The position numbers and the translations under genes were made by a program. From Chrysomallon squamiferum (Eukaryota > Animalia > Mollusca), in the NCBI GenBank assembly GCA_012295275.1, contig CM022667.1, positions 12,214,001 through 12,278,000 of the forward strand: 64,000 nt of DNA, in the 5' to 3' direction. Positions 14,420 through 28,495 of this stretch are shown in pieces (the first letter of the stretch is position 1; every line of letters starts with the position of its first letter). The notes under the pieces were generated by a model, which had not been told where the DNA came from, searched no databases, and saw only the letters and a program-made list of their open reading frames with translations.

Positions 14420-15128
14420 ATTTTGTGTTGTATATATAATATATATATATATCTTATCTATCTTTCTATCTGTCTGTCTGTCTGTCTACCTGTCTATCTG
14501 TCTAAATCCGGCTCTAGCTCGTGTTCATTACACATGCGCATGTTTTTGGGTGCTTTTTTTATATATATATATATATATTTACTTCTGAAAAACCCTTTTC
14601 CTCTCACTATTCTGAAACAATAATGAGAAATTAGGTGTTCAAGACTTACACACAGTCTATCCGCAGCAGCCCTGATTACCAGGACGACACGTTCCTAATC
14701 TTTATGACATAAAACTTCTTCTGAACACTGAGCAGTCAATCTTTAAGCACTGCTTCAAAAGGACCCGTTATATCGGCGCTTAACGGGATTTTAAACAACA
14801 TATCTCGAAAAATTTAAATTATCTCCACACCTCCCCATCCTCTTCATTTAAAAAGCGATTAGGTTTTTATCAGCGAAGGGGTTAACGCGATAAACGATCA
14901 AACCGATCAAGGTGAGCGAGATACGTTCTTATCGACAGTTGGGTAAGGGTTAAACGTGTTTAATACGAGAAACACGTGACAATGTAACGCGGTGGAGATT
15001 ATGCGGTAGTTGAAAGAAATTTAATGCGTTCGGTGTTTTCAAGAAAGTCAGAGACGTGGATGCCATGCTCATTAATTGTAGATTTGAAAATGAAACTTTG
15101 ATTGCAGAATTTTGTTTGACCGTAGATC

Positions 15129-15286
<158 letters not shown>

Positions 15287-18047
15287 AATACACAATAATA
15301 ATTAAGAAACTTCATGACAACATAATTTTTTTTTTAAATATATATTATTATTATTATTGTTGTTGTTGTTGTTGTAGAAGTCGTTGTCATAATCATCATC
15401 AACATAAATAAATTTTATTCAACTAAAAAAATATCTCGAGATAAATTCCATTCCACCTTCTATTCCTCTTCTTTATTGATTTTGAAAACCAGACTATTTT
15501 GATGTCGCTTATCTTTTGTGTTTTATTTTCGTATCCAGTGTAATTTTCTGTCGTTGACAAGCAGACAAAGGTCGCCGATGTGGAACTCGTATGTGTGTTA
15601 AAAAATAAAATCAAAAAGATTAAAAAAAAATATTTAAAAAACGCCACCAATTTCAACTCTTTAACAACATTTCAGACTATTTTCACAAGACGATAATTAA
15701 TGTCTGTGGCCTGTGGTCAAATCGTACAAGATATTTTTTTTTTTTTTTTTTTTGATAAAACTTCCAACGTGAAGAACAAGAAGACACCTGTTTACACGAG
15801 TTCTTTTTCTTAATTACTGGCGACAATTAGAAAATGATTGATTTTTTTTTTTTTTTTTTTTATCGAACCGAGTCATTAGCGGACGAGAGAACGGTTCTTC
15901 GGCGCAGACTGCGTTTTTGGTGGGAAAACTCACGCGCGCCGGAAGTGCCAGCGGCTTGACGTGAAATTGATGTGGTGTCCACGCGAGATGGCAGCACCTG
16001 TCGCGGGAGACAATGGCGTCCGTATGGGAAGATTTGTGGAGTGTGATGACTTGCTTTCTCCTCTGCGATGCACCGATGTTTCACGTTTTGACTGACGACG
16101 TTGAAATGACAAGATAGTTAAAACTATGAGAACTAAAACTTTCGAAATAATAACTGTCGAAGCTGCACCAAATGTTTGAAAGATTTCAGTCAAGGGAAAA
16201 GGTCCCTTGATTTTTTTTTTTTTTTTTTTTTTTTGTGTGTTTGTTGCTGAATTAGAATAATCCATTGTTAATTTGAAGCAACAAAATAGTGTTGATGATA
16301 ATGATGATGATGATGATAATAATAATAATAATAATAAAATGTACCCTCATAATATATTAACCCTTATTGGAAATGTAATGCAAATAGATATAATGTCAGT
16401 ATTCTAATAGACAGCAAACATTTTATTTTCTTATTCACACACAGACACGTGAAAGTCAAACCATACAGGAAATACACGCACACACATATTGTTGAATATA
16501 GATTATACATAAAGTCTCAAAACATTAAAACAAAACAAATATAAAAATAAGAGGTTTGAGATATAAATAAAATACATATTTATTAACACAAATACATGCA
16601 CATGTACTGAAATACGAATACGTATGCATGTACATAGAGACATTCTCACAGACACATATACATACGCACACCTGCATTCGCCTATATATATATATATATA
16701 CCACTGTCCTCATTTACCCTTAAACTTATTCACCTATTCAAAGCATATCTGACAACCCACAACTATATCCACAAACATACACTCAAATACATACAAACGA
16801 ACAAAAAACCACACACACATACGCACAAAACACAAAAGACACACACACAGATATACACATACCAACCCCAAACATTCACTCAACACACATTAAACGGGAT
16901 ATATTACATTTGTTTCGATCGTGTTTCACAACTCTATGTTCGCTCAACCACAATTCAAATATCGCCACAAACCAATAATCACATCAGCCGAGATATCTTT
17001 TTTATGTGTGTCCATTTTTTGTGCCTTTCCGCTGCTCACTAAGTATTTCTACAAGCAAATACTCGAGTGCTTGGTGCCTTCAAAAGCCCAGGTGTGCGAA
17101 AATGAATTTAATAAACAGGAAAGTTCATAAAGATACGGTAAACAGGAGAGAGGGGATAAAAAAAAAAAAAAAAAAAAAAAAAAGAAACGACGAAAGTCAA
17201 AGCGTTAAGTGACATTCAAATCAGCCATTTGCTGCTGTTTTGGCCATTTTCAGTCTTTTATGCTCGCCTACAAATGGGTGACCGCTAATAGCCGGACTGG
17301 AATGAAAGGTCGCTCTTCCTCGCTGTATTATTTGTCACAGCTGGAATATCGCGGTTTGATTCATCGTCCCACAAAGGCGAGAATGGAATTAAAGAGGAAC
17401 TCAGCACGCTGCGATGAATGACGAGACGCTAATATAAAAATCAGGGACGGGCTTTTAATACGTAAAGAGCGAACCGCAGTGGGAGAAATTAGCACCAAGG
17501 AAGAAAAACAATGGCGTTGATCTATTTATTTTTTACGACTCCACACCGTCAAACGTTACATCCAAACATTTCTGTTGTCTAATCCAGCTCTAACGTTTGT
17601 TTCCAGCAATCTGCAACCTCTACCATACGGGTTTTCAGTCCTTCCCTGAATTTAATATCGACTAAAGGATACACACCTTTACTTTTGGAGTTCATATTAT
17701 TGTGGTGCACCGAGGGTATTGGCAGTGGGTGAAAGCAAATCTTTTCCGTACACGCCCACACCAGTTGTGGGCTAGCGAGGTCACCGGGTATGGAGGGATT
17801 CATGTTGATCTTAATTAATGTAAACAGTGCGACTATCGGTCGCTTTGATCTTAGGCGGCATAAGCTTGAAATTGATCTGATATGAAGTAATATATTAGCA
17901 AGAGATTTTGAAATAGCTATCAATGTAGTCGGTTTTATTTATTTCTATTAATATTCGAGTTCAGATGTATTATTCGTTGTAGAGAAAAGAGGTTATCACG
18001 CTATCATTGCACTTATTAATGTTTTTTTTATTAACCAGTTAATTAAT

Positions 18048-18099
<52 letters not shown>

Positions 18100-19533
18100 T
18101 TCATTCATTCATTCATTTATTTGTTCATTTGTTCATTTATTCCTATGTTTGTTAGTTCATTCATTTACTTGTTTTTTCAGTATATTAGTTTTTAATGGCA
18201 TTTATTTTTTAATTATCACTCTTGTTTATTCATATTTATGTTTTTTTTCTGTCCTTTTATTTAATCGTTCATTCGTTCCTATTCTTTCATTACAGACACT
18301 AATTTAATAAATGTTTATTAATGAAACGTCTTTTCCTTCATTATAATAGAACTTGTTTAACCAGACAAAGTACTGAATCAGAGTCCAGAACTTTGGCGTT
18401 CTCCTCAAAACAACATTAGCGTGCTTGACAGAGAGAGAAACAAATTTAGTGGCATTAAATCTTCTAAAATTAATTACTTTGGGGAAAATAAAAGGGTACC
18501 TGGATCAAATATCAGTACCGAGGTATACGGTTTTTAAACGCCAAGATATGAAATAGGATTCCATCTCTATTAGGATATAAATGAATTACGAATACAAAAA
18601 TTTAACTAAAGAATGTACTTTTCATATACATGCATACTCAAGCATAATACATCTTGTCATTTTTCTTTTAAATTAAAACAGATTTCACAAGCCCAGTTAG
18701 CTAGCAATCACACCAATTTGTGTTCTACACATCTCCACTGGTCTGTGATGCGTTTCGACCTTCGGAACGAAAACGAGGAATAACGAAGACATGGCATTCC
18801 GCCACGCGCGATTAGAAATGTACACGTCTTTAAACCAGACCACGTGTTGATGGAAATCGAACACAGAAATGTACATCATTTGCTGCTATAATTGTAACAT
18901 ACCCAGAACAAACCGCAGTCGTATCGCGCGCTGTGTTAACAACTGGTTTCTCGAATGTTTGGCATTCCGAGGAATGGGAATAGATATGTTGAAAATAAGT
19001 TTAATATGTATAGGTCTGTGAGTTCAGGGAGAGTGTGATGAGAAAGAGTTGTTTTTTTTCTCCAGATTTGTAAGATCTGAGACATTTTTACTGTAAGACG
19101 TAATGACGGTATGGCCTTAAAACAGTTAAAATAAATGTATAAATATATCTAAATGTTTTAAAATACTAACAGTGAACGTTATTAAAAATGTTAAGTGAGA
19201 TTTAATAAAGGTTGCGTGGAATTTAATATATAGCTAGTGTCACTGTGTATAGATAATAACGTGGTTGTTAATTAAGATAAGATATAAATTAATTATAATG
19301 TACGGCCCTAAATGCAAAAATTTTAAGAGGGTCGAAAATTTCTCTTTTGTTTTTGTTTTCTTATTTCTTCGTTGAGAGAAAAAAAACCTTCACAAATTAA
19401 CGTACTAACCTCTTCATGAATTTCTTATTTCTGCACATTCAAACAGCAGATTTTTCTGTAATAACTGAAGGTTTGTTTTGTGCACTTTTGCTGGAGAAAG
19501 TTTTCTCTGGTGTGCATGTTAATAATGTTTATG

Positions 19534-19619
<86 letters not shown>

Positions 19620-19675
19620 GCTCTTCAGAAGGAAGTGTTCTTTTCGTTATCTTTCCTTCTCACTTTTCTTCTTCA

Positions 19676-19707
<32 letters not shown>

Positions 19708-19749
19708 AGATTAAAAAAGAGAACGAACAAGAAATCAGATAGACATAAC

Positions 19750-20450
19750 TGATTTAGCGTGTTTACAAGATATCCACACGGATATATACAACACCGTCTG
19801 ACACGGGACAGTTTCCATAAATCCACGTTGGCGACAATACCGCTGCAGCAGCGCACCGCTAATCGGGCGCTCGTTATTTACAGCCTCGTTATCAGCTAAC
19901 AACAACAACGTGGTTTCGTGTGCCTGTTAAACAGCGCCGTAGACAGCGCCATTTTGACCACTACAAAGATACAGGCGGATTTATCGGAACACGCTGGCAA
20001 GCGATAAAAAAAAAAAAAAAAAAAAAACTTTCGCGAAAACTTCTTTACAAGAAAAATGTCAGACACGTGCTCAGGTCGCCATAAAAAACAACAAACCGAG
20101 GAGGTAAAGGGGGATAACTCTCGACAGTGCTGTTCACGCCGTAATTAGACGTCGCTCAACAACGCCGTTCCTTTTCTGTCGTCGACGTCGTAAATTTTCG
20201 GAGCGGGCTGAAGAAGCGTTAAGATTGTGTGTTTAGTAACGGTTAAAATAACGGTGACATGTGTTCGCGTGTTTCTCCCCAGCTGTCTCGATCGTCGAGA
20301 TATTGATAACTACCTGCCTTATCTCGTCAGCGTGGGTCTCATGCCACCCTTTCGCACTTACCATTATCTAAGGAGAGGCACGCACGATTTAAGAACTCGT
20401 TGCACACTTGAAATCATCCATCTGTGCTGTGCTGTGCTGTCTGTGATGAA
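19750..20450. promoter_or_regulatory. CpG-rich island, putative enhancer
   Basis: CACGTG at 20064, CGTAATTA at 20140, CGCCATTTT near 19947, several GATAA/TTATC sites. Confidence 0.4.
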
Positions 20451-20875
20451 ATCTCCTGTTATAAGAATCGTTCTTACTGGTTTCTGCATTAGTTTTATCA
20501 TTATCGAGACGTATCTGTCTGTCTGTCTGTCTGTGTGCATGTATGTCTGTCTGTCTAACTCTGTATGCTTTGTATGTATGTGTGTATGTATATATAGAAG
20601 AGTGTCTCTCTGTTTCTGATGTATGTGTATATATACTTATCTGTGTGTCTGTTTATCTATAATATATACCTATACCTATATCTCTATCAACATCAAATTA
20701 TATAGTCCTATATATATATATATATATAAAATAATGTTTAATTTGCAGATTTAAGATTTAAAAATTATATCATTTTTATTATTATTATTTAAATCAAAAC
20801 AATCAACATTATAATTCATTTCATTTTTATTTCCATCCACCGAAAATTCTTTAAAAGCAGACCGGTGTAATATTT

Positions 20876-20917
20876 CTAATTAATTAATCCTGTCAACTAA
20901 TTAATTAATGCTGTCGA
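20876..20917 (+). repeat. 21-bp tandem duplication CTAATTAATTAATSCTGTCRA
   Basis: Copies at 20876 and 20897 differ at two positions. Confidence 0.85.
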
Positions 20918-22721
20918 TTAACAAGGTCGACTGTATTTAAATATTATTTCAGTTCCTAAAAACTCGCGCGCTCCTTTCGGGTCACCGTGTTAAAAGCGCG
21001 CCAAAGGGCGGGTTGCCCATTCCCGCGCCAGCTGATAAAGTTTTTTTTTTTTTTTTTTTTTGCCAGAGATCAACTCTCCATAACCTCATCAAACGGCTTC
21101 GATAGCGGAGGAAAAAGAAATGACCATCTCTTGAAAAGGAAAACAAATTTACACACCGCTTTCGCCTTTGGGCTGACTGGCACTCATTTCCCGACCCCGG
21201 GATGCTTTCAGTGATTTTCGCGCGAATATTAGAAAATATCCGGAAAAGGCTCGTGCGCTGTTGAAACGAAGACAAGCAATTGGACCGCTGTTTGATGACG
21301 TTGAAGAGTTCTTGTAGACAAGGAAACAACCTCATAACTGACGTAATTAACAGGTCGAGAATTTAATTACAGAAGAGCACGAGCCTTTATTTAGAGACTT
21401 CTTATGTTCAATTCGCGTGTAAATTGAACGAAGCGAGAGAAGAGGTTTTTCGTCAACACGAATGAAAACGATTCAGGCAACATTATTCGACATCGTCCTG
21501 TTTCTCTTATAAAAGTTGTTTCACCAGCACTGTGTGTGTGTGTGATCATTTCTCCCCGAGGGGCGATAGGCTCCTAGATCGATTCTCATCCAAGCATTTT
21601 TCCTTTTCTTTTTTTTTTTTTTTTTTTTTTAAATTCTTTTAATAATGTTTCTCTATTTAACTTTTTTCGTTGAATTTTCTGTTTTATTTTCTTTCTTTGT
21701 TTTTTTGTTTTTTCATTTTCTTTTATTAATTTTAATTTTTATTCTTTCTTTTCTTTTTTTTTCAGTCAGTGTTTGAATCAGTAAACGTTGAGTCCGTCAA
21801 CAAGCCGTTTTACATTCTGACAGACAAACAACAGACAGACAGACAAAATAAACGAATAGATACATACATTAATTAATTAAAACATAAACTAATGAAAAAA
21901 AAAAAATGTACAGAAATTACTACGAACACATAATTGCAGTACAAAAAAAAATCGGAAAAAATCACAAACAGTTTGTGAAAAGAAATTTCCCACCACCGAA
22001 CCATAGGCCGGGGTTACAATACACTGTGTCCGGTGGAGCATTTTTCTCTGGTTTCACGTACACACCAGATAACAGGGCAGATGAGTGATGGAACGTTGCC
22101 AGCGTCAGGACAGACGTCTGCAGACGGGAACGTCATCCAACACCGCAACGACGGAGGACGTGGTCACAACAAAACTTTCCCACGCGGCCTGTCTTACAAG
22201 ACTTATGACAAAGTGTCAGAGGCTTTCTCTATTTTTTTAAATTGTCACTAGGACAAAAACTGGTTTCCAGTTGCAGTAATATCTGTTTACGTTTCTTTTC
22301 TTCTTTTTTTTCTGTCTTTTTCATCTTTTGCTTTTTAAAAGAAAGATTATTTTGTTGTTATTGTTTCCTGGTTTGTGAAATAAAAAGAAAAAAAATAGAT
22401 TTTTTTATTTTTTATTTTTTTAGGAATGCGGTTATTATAGAAAGAACATATCAACGTAATTATCTGTTTAACTATACTTCGCTGTATTTTTTTATATATA
22501 ACGTTAGTTTATGTCATACATAAGACCAGCATTTTTCTTTTGTGTTTTTGTTTCTACCATGTAAGAAAGGAAACTCGCTCAGTTTAGAAATTTAAGTCAT
22601 AACTTTTGAATTTTTTATTTTTCTAGTTATGTATATGTAAATGAAAACGAAAATAAAGACTTCTTCTTCTTCTCGAACAGGTAACTGATTTCAGTAACGG
22701 AGAAATGTTTGGTAAATGTGT

Positions 22722-22758
<37 letters not shown>

Positions 22759-22990
22759 GGGAAACCTATAGAAATTCTATAAAGAACCCGTCTGTTATAA
22801 CTAAAATTAGCCCGATTCTCGCCAATTTGTCTGTAGAAACGGAATCATTTGCGAGTGAAGGGGAACAACTCTGAATAACGTATCTCTTGATATTAGTTTT
22901 ACAATAACTAGTATGCGAGTGTGTAATCTATAATAATAATAATAATAATAAAAGGAAATGATGAAACAGCTACAGTGTATAACATTATTA

Positions 22991-23037
<47 letters not shown>

Positions 23038-23096
23038 ATATATAAGAAATAAAACAATAAAATGTGCTAAAATAATAATAATAATATAATAATGAT

Positions 23097-23117
23097 ATAA
23101 TAATAATAATAATAATA

Positions 23118-23140
<23 letters not shown>
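23097..23140. repeat. perfect 44-bp AT-rich palindrome A(TAA)7(TTA)7T
   Basis: Head-to-head junction of (TAA)n and (TTA)n, centred at 23118/23119. Confidence 0.9.
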
Positions 23141-23171
<31 letters not shown>

Positions 23172-24145
23172 GCAATAATGATAATAATTCATTTGTTTTT
23201 TTTTAATTTTTTTCCTGGCTCATAGCAAAAATATACACAAATATTCAGTTTGATTAATTTTTATTTGTTTCTAAAGCATGTAGATTTATTTATTTATTTA
23301 TTTATTTATTTATTGTATGCTTAATTATTATTCAGACCACAGAGGAAAACGAACTATAAATAAATAAATAAATATTAGATGCAGTTATTGTTCTTGTATA
23401 GTAGTAGTAGTTGAAGGAGGAGTGGTAGTAGTAGTAGTAGCTCTTGTTTTTGTTACAGCATTTGTTTTGAAAATTAAACAACATTTTTTTTTATGCCATT
23501 GCTTGTAGCTCTGTTTACGAGAAAAATAAAACTTCCTACTGTTTTCAAAACATACTTATTAAACAATTGACAAAGGTCAATTTAGAACTGCACTGAAAAT
23601 AGTTCATAATCGTTTCATGTTTGACGTAAACACATATCTAAGATTTTTTTTGTTTGTTTTTTATTTAAAAAGAAAAAAAAAATATATATATATACAGACA
23701 AGACATCGGTGCAGTATTATGCTGTACTCAGAATGTTAGTCGACTGCCACTTTAGAATTCGTTAACTTAAATTTCCCTTGTTAAACTGAAATCCTAGAAT
23801 ACAAATCAACATGTCAAGCAGTTTTATCACAAAACACAAATCGCCTGGTTTCTTGGGGCCAGTCAGAAACACTTTGGGACCCCCGCGTCGCAATGAACAT
23901 CTTATCTGCCGGCTACAGCGTTTTGCGATTTCGCCCAGATAAAAATAAATAACGAAAATCGAATTAAATTGTGACTTATGCGCTTGTGTAGCGGTCGTGA
24001 CACTTGAGCGAGATAAGTGTAGCTGATTGAGCTAATAGGTTGATAGGACACTGTATCCGTTTTCAAACTCTATCAGTTCAACCAGAAAACAAGGGAAAGC
24101 GTCTCGGTTTTTACCCCTAGGTGGCCTGTTTGCCGTTCGTAGAAT

Positions 24146-24205
24146 GGGAGGACTGCCACTGAGATAGAGAGGACTGCCACTGAGATCGAGAAGACTGCCA
24201 CTGAG
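24146..24205 (+). repeat. 21-bp minisatellite x3 with core GACTGCCACTGAG
   Basis: Core starts at 24151, 24172, 24193. Confidence 0.95.
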
Positions 24206-24494
24206 CGCCCGAGAACGAGTTGCGCTAAATACGGTGTTCGTTTCTGACGTATCTGCATTCACACAGATTAAAATAGTTTACCCTTCGTATACCATTAACA
24301 AACAAAAATAAGTTATAAAAAGTGGAGGAATTTGTCCTCTTTGCTCTAACGTTTCCATCCCTTTCTTCAGATATTTGTACTCTAATCGGTCTTCGGTTGG
24401 TTGGTTGCATCGAGTCAAACAAGTCTTATTGATGATACCTCTGGTTCATTTATGATAAAAATATTTTGCTAGTTAGAATCTAAAGATTAAACAT

Positions 24495-24745
24495 AGTACG
24501 CTTCAGACATGAGACATGATCAGTAGCAGGATAAATTCTCCTGAGAGCGTCCATCATATTATATCACATTCCAGCCAGCATTCTGCCACTGGTTTATCAA
24601 AACACTACGTTGCGGGCTTTCTTGCCTGTGGAAAATTTTCGTAAAGAAGATCGCTTCTTTCTAATCCCTTAGAACTGCAAAGACAATGTCTCCAGGGCAT
24701 CGTTTGATCGTTATACAGAAAATAACCATAAATTAATAAACGTTA
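24495..24745 (+). mobile_element. decayed SINE-like remnant
   Basis: 24569-24665 (TTCCAGCCAG..ACTGGTTTATCAAA..GCTTTCTTGCCTGTGG..AAGATCGCTT..CTAAT) is collinear with a gastropod SINE core as I recall it (TTCCAGCCAG..ACTGGTATATCAAAG..GCTATCCTGTCTGTGG..AAAGATCCCTTGCTGCTAAT). Recall only; boundaries approximate. Confidence 0.45.
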
Positions 24746-25433
24746 ACATGAACTGTTACCGTATAAATTGTTTTTCTGTAAGTATCGGAAGAATATTGAA
24801 ATCAAATAATTTTTGAAAGACATTTGTCCTAGTCTATAGACCGTTACTCTGGATATTTTAGCCATTCATTCTTATGCTGTATTATTAATCATAAAGACCC
24901 AGACTTTGCTAAATCCTGATATATCCTGGGATATGATCTAACGACCTAGGAGTGGTTTAAAGTTAATAGCTTTAACCTCTGATTTAATTACTTTTCAGAT
25001 CTAAAGATTTTTTCATGACATCCTTCCGCTGTTTATCGAAATTTTTTGAAGACGGCATGCCATAACAATATGTCACACTGGACTCGGTAGAAAGCAGAAC
25101 CTCGCTGAGCAACTTTTCAAAGCCTGTAAGATAATTTTACATGCAACGTACACAAACAGAACGCTAAAGAGAGACGTCAACTGTCGCAGTTTCACAAATT
25201 CATCAACTCTTCTTATTGCTTTTTCGATGTTATCGGCTATCTAAATTGTATCTGTCATCGCTCTATTCCCAGATAAACTTTTCTCACACACTTGCATCCA
25301 TATGAAGAAGAGTTTTTCGAAAATTTTACTTTTTTCTTTTTTTGTTTTGTTTTTATTAATATTATTACGAGAGAGAGAGAAAAAATATAACCTAAAATTC
25401 ACGAATCTTGAGAGAAAGACATGGCTACAGAGA

Positions 25434-25545
<112 letters not shown>

Positions 25546-26726
25546 GTTTATAACTTTTCGTTTCAACTTACAAAACAACAGATTAATCTATTTATTTTAA
25601 TGATATATTTATTTATTTGTTTTCATTGTTCTAATTTACATTTTTCTCTTCTTTTTTTTTTTTTCTTTCTACATAGTTTGCGAAAGAAGGGTTACTTCCC
25701 TTTAAAAGAAACAAAATAACATGATTATCAGACTTGGTCTGAAACAGATTTTCTTTGGGTTCTTTCAGTCAGTCACTTAGTAAATATGTTACTTTTATAC
25801 TGATGTTTTTTGTTCTTGTTGTTGTTATCACTATTATTATTATTATTATTATTATTATCATTATTATAGCCTCAGCTTATCTAATTTACACTGCTAAATC
25901 TCGGTGGAGTATCTCCGACATCGAAATAAAATTAATTTCCACTTCTGATCCAGAATAATAATTTACAGTGAAGCTCAGACAACATGGCGGTGTTTCGTGG
26001 TTAGATGCAAAACTCAGATGTCTTCGCTTATCAGCGAGTGTCGGGTAAGAATTAAGAGTATAAGGAAAGACGTAGAGTTTGATTACCAAACATATTTTGA
26101 GATCGCACTTGCTTGAAACGAACAAGAAACTCACGACGGGGTTCAGATAACGTTTTGATTGTACGGTGCATGCAGCTAACTCCTGATGTCATTTTGTAAA
26201 CGTCAGACTTAATGTTTCAGAAAAAAGAAGAAGAAGAAGAAAAAAAAAAAGAGATTAAAATATATATCACCTTGATAAATCTAGCATGAAAAATAATCTT
26301 GTCTGGGTGTCAAGGGAAGCTTTAAACAGAGGGTACATGTGATTAATCCTGGTTTTACAAGGTCTTATCGTCTGCAGACGTGTTGATACGGCCATGGCGC
26401 TGTGTTTGTTTGGGATATCCCACCGCGCCATCAGGAGCACCATCTTTTTTTGATATAATATATCCACGTAGCTGTTTTTTTTTTTCCCAACGTGTTACGA
26501 TTTATTTGCGAGAGTCCTTGCTGGGTGAACGGCTCCTTAAAGCACTGCTCCAGGTGCCAACTTCCCCAATTTAAACCATAAAAATGTCATTTGAAATCAT
26601 GAAACAAATTACTTTGGGGTTCACGTCAGATGGACAAATAGGAAATGTTTCACAGGATATCCTGTTTGAGCTGCAGTGATTATCTTTATGTCTTCAGTGA
26701 CAACAAAACACGTGTTAACAAGTCTA

Positions 26727-26757
<31 letters not shown>

Positions 26758-26775
26758 ATTATTATTATTATTACA

Positions 26776-26820
<45 letters not shown>

Positions 26821-26846
26821 TACTGTTATTGTTATTATTGTTGTTA

Positions 26847-26878
<32 letters not shown>

Positions 26879-26995
26879 GTTGTTGTTATTGTTATTGTTA
26901 TTGTTGTTATTACTATTATTATTATTATTATTATTATATTATTATTGTTGTTATTATTACTATCATTATTATCATTATTATTATTTTGGTTGTTG
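26727..26995. repeat. (GTT)n/(ATT)n compound microsatellite
   Basis: Direct reading. Confidence 0.95.
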
Positions 26996-27579
26996 CTGTG
27001 TTTGCTAATGCTATTAACTTTTAGCATTAGCATTAACATTTATATCAGGATCTGTATCAATATTAGTACTTGTTACTGTTTTTATTATTGTTGCTGGTGT
27101 CATTATTTTTAGTACAATTTTACTGTTATCATTATCATTTGTATTTACTGTTGTTTATGGCTGATAGTGTTATTTAGTAGTCGCTGATAATAATAAAAAA
27201 AGTTGTTTATAAAATCACATACAGCTTCCATGTGATACAAAAAACTATACTGGGAATTCTAAATGGCAAATTTACATACCACCATATCGATTCATCTCTT
27301 TTCCAAAAGCCTGTCCTGTTACTGAAAAAAACAACAAAAAAACAACAACAAACAATTGAAATGTTGCAGGCTTTGTCACAGAAGCCTTTTTTTTAATGTA
27401 AAAACAAGTAAATGTACTGATGGCTTTTAAAATTACTGAAATATTTTATTTACCATTTAGTCTATATGCAAATGTTTGTCTTTATTTTTTTTTGTTTCCA
27501 TGTCAGTTTAGTCATTTTATGTAATGCCTGGAAACAATGTTCAGTTATTTCATGAAATAACCAGTGTTCAAAGCTTGAC

Positions 27580-27613
<34 letters not shown>

Positions 27614-27664
27614 TGCATGTACGTACGTATGTATGTATGTATGTATGTTTGTATGATGTATGCA

Positions 27665-27704
<40 letters not shown>

Positions 27705-28124
27705 TGATGTATATGTGCATAATGTATGTGTTTGTGTGGCAAAAGGTAAATTACCTTTTATTTCAGTTTAGTTCTTCTTTGATATGTTATTCCTGAACCA
27801 CAATGCATTCTACCGCAATCTACATAAATCTTTCTACATTTCATACTCACCAGCAATAAATCAGGGCTATCGTTCGCTAACGATAACACCTTTCTTCTAA
27901 ACAGACAAACGTTAAAATAAGCAACTCCGCTATCGGCTGAGCAATTTAACAAAATCCTGACACTTAAAACGAAACAAAATTTGTGATAAAATGGCGTAAA
28001 CATGTACCTTGATAAGCAAATGGAATTCGGGATGACATCCAAGATAGCTAGGTGCCAGACGGTAAATGCTGAGCAGGATTTTTGTGTACAGCAACATCAC
28101 TTGAAACACAGACGTTATCTGAAG

Positions 28125-28159
<35 letters not shown>

Positions 28160-28259
28160 ATCGTGGAATTTTAGATGTGAAAATATTTAGAGTCTTTGAC
28201 ACGTACACCTGTTGTGTGAGTTGTTGTTGTTCATTTTTTATTATTACTATTTTATGAGC

Positions 28260-28299
<40 letters not shown>

Positions 28300-28454
28300 G
28301 TCCTGGTTTTTCTTTCAACCTTTCTTGGTTTCTTTCTTTCTTTTGTGTGTTTTTAAAAAATAATTATATTCATTTTGTTGTTTATTCTCTATCGTTTTTT
28401 TTAATTATTTCCTTTTCTTTCTTTTTTTCTTCTCCACATAATTGCAGTAATAAT

Positions 28455-28462
28455 GATATACC

Positions 28463-28495
<33 letters not shown>

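Noticed and set aside
21550-21597. Possible SINE head fragment (AGATCGATTC B-box-like)
   Set aside because: Too short and too divergent to support.
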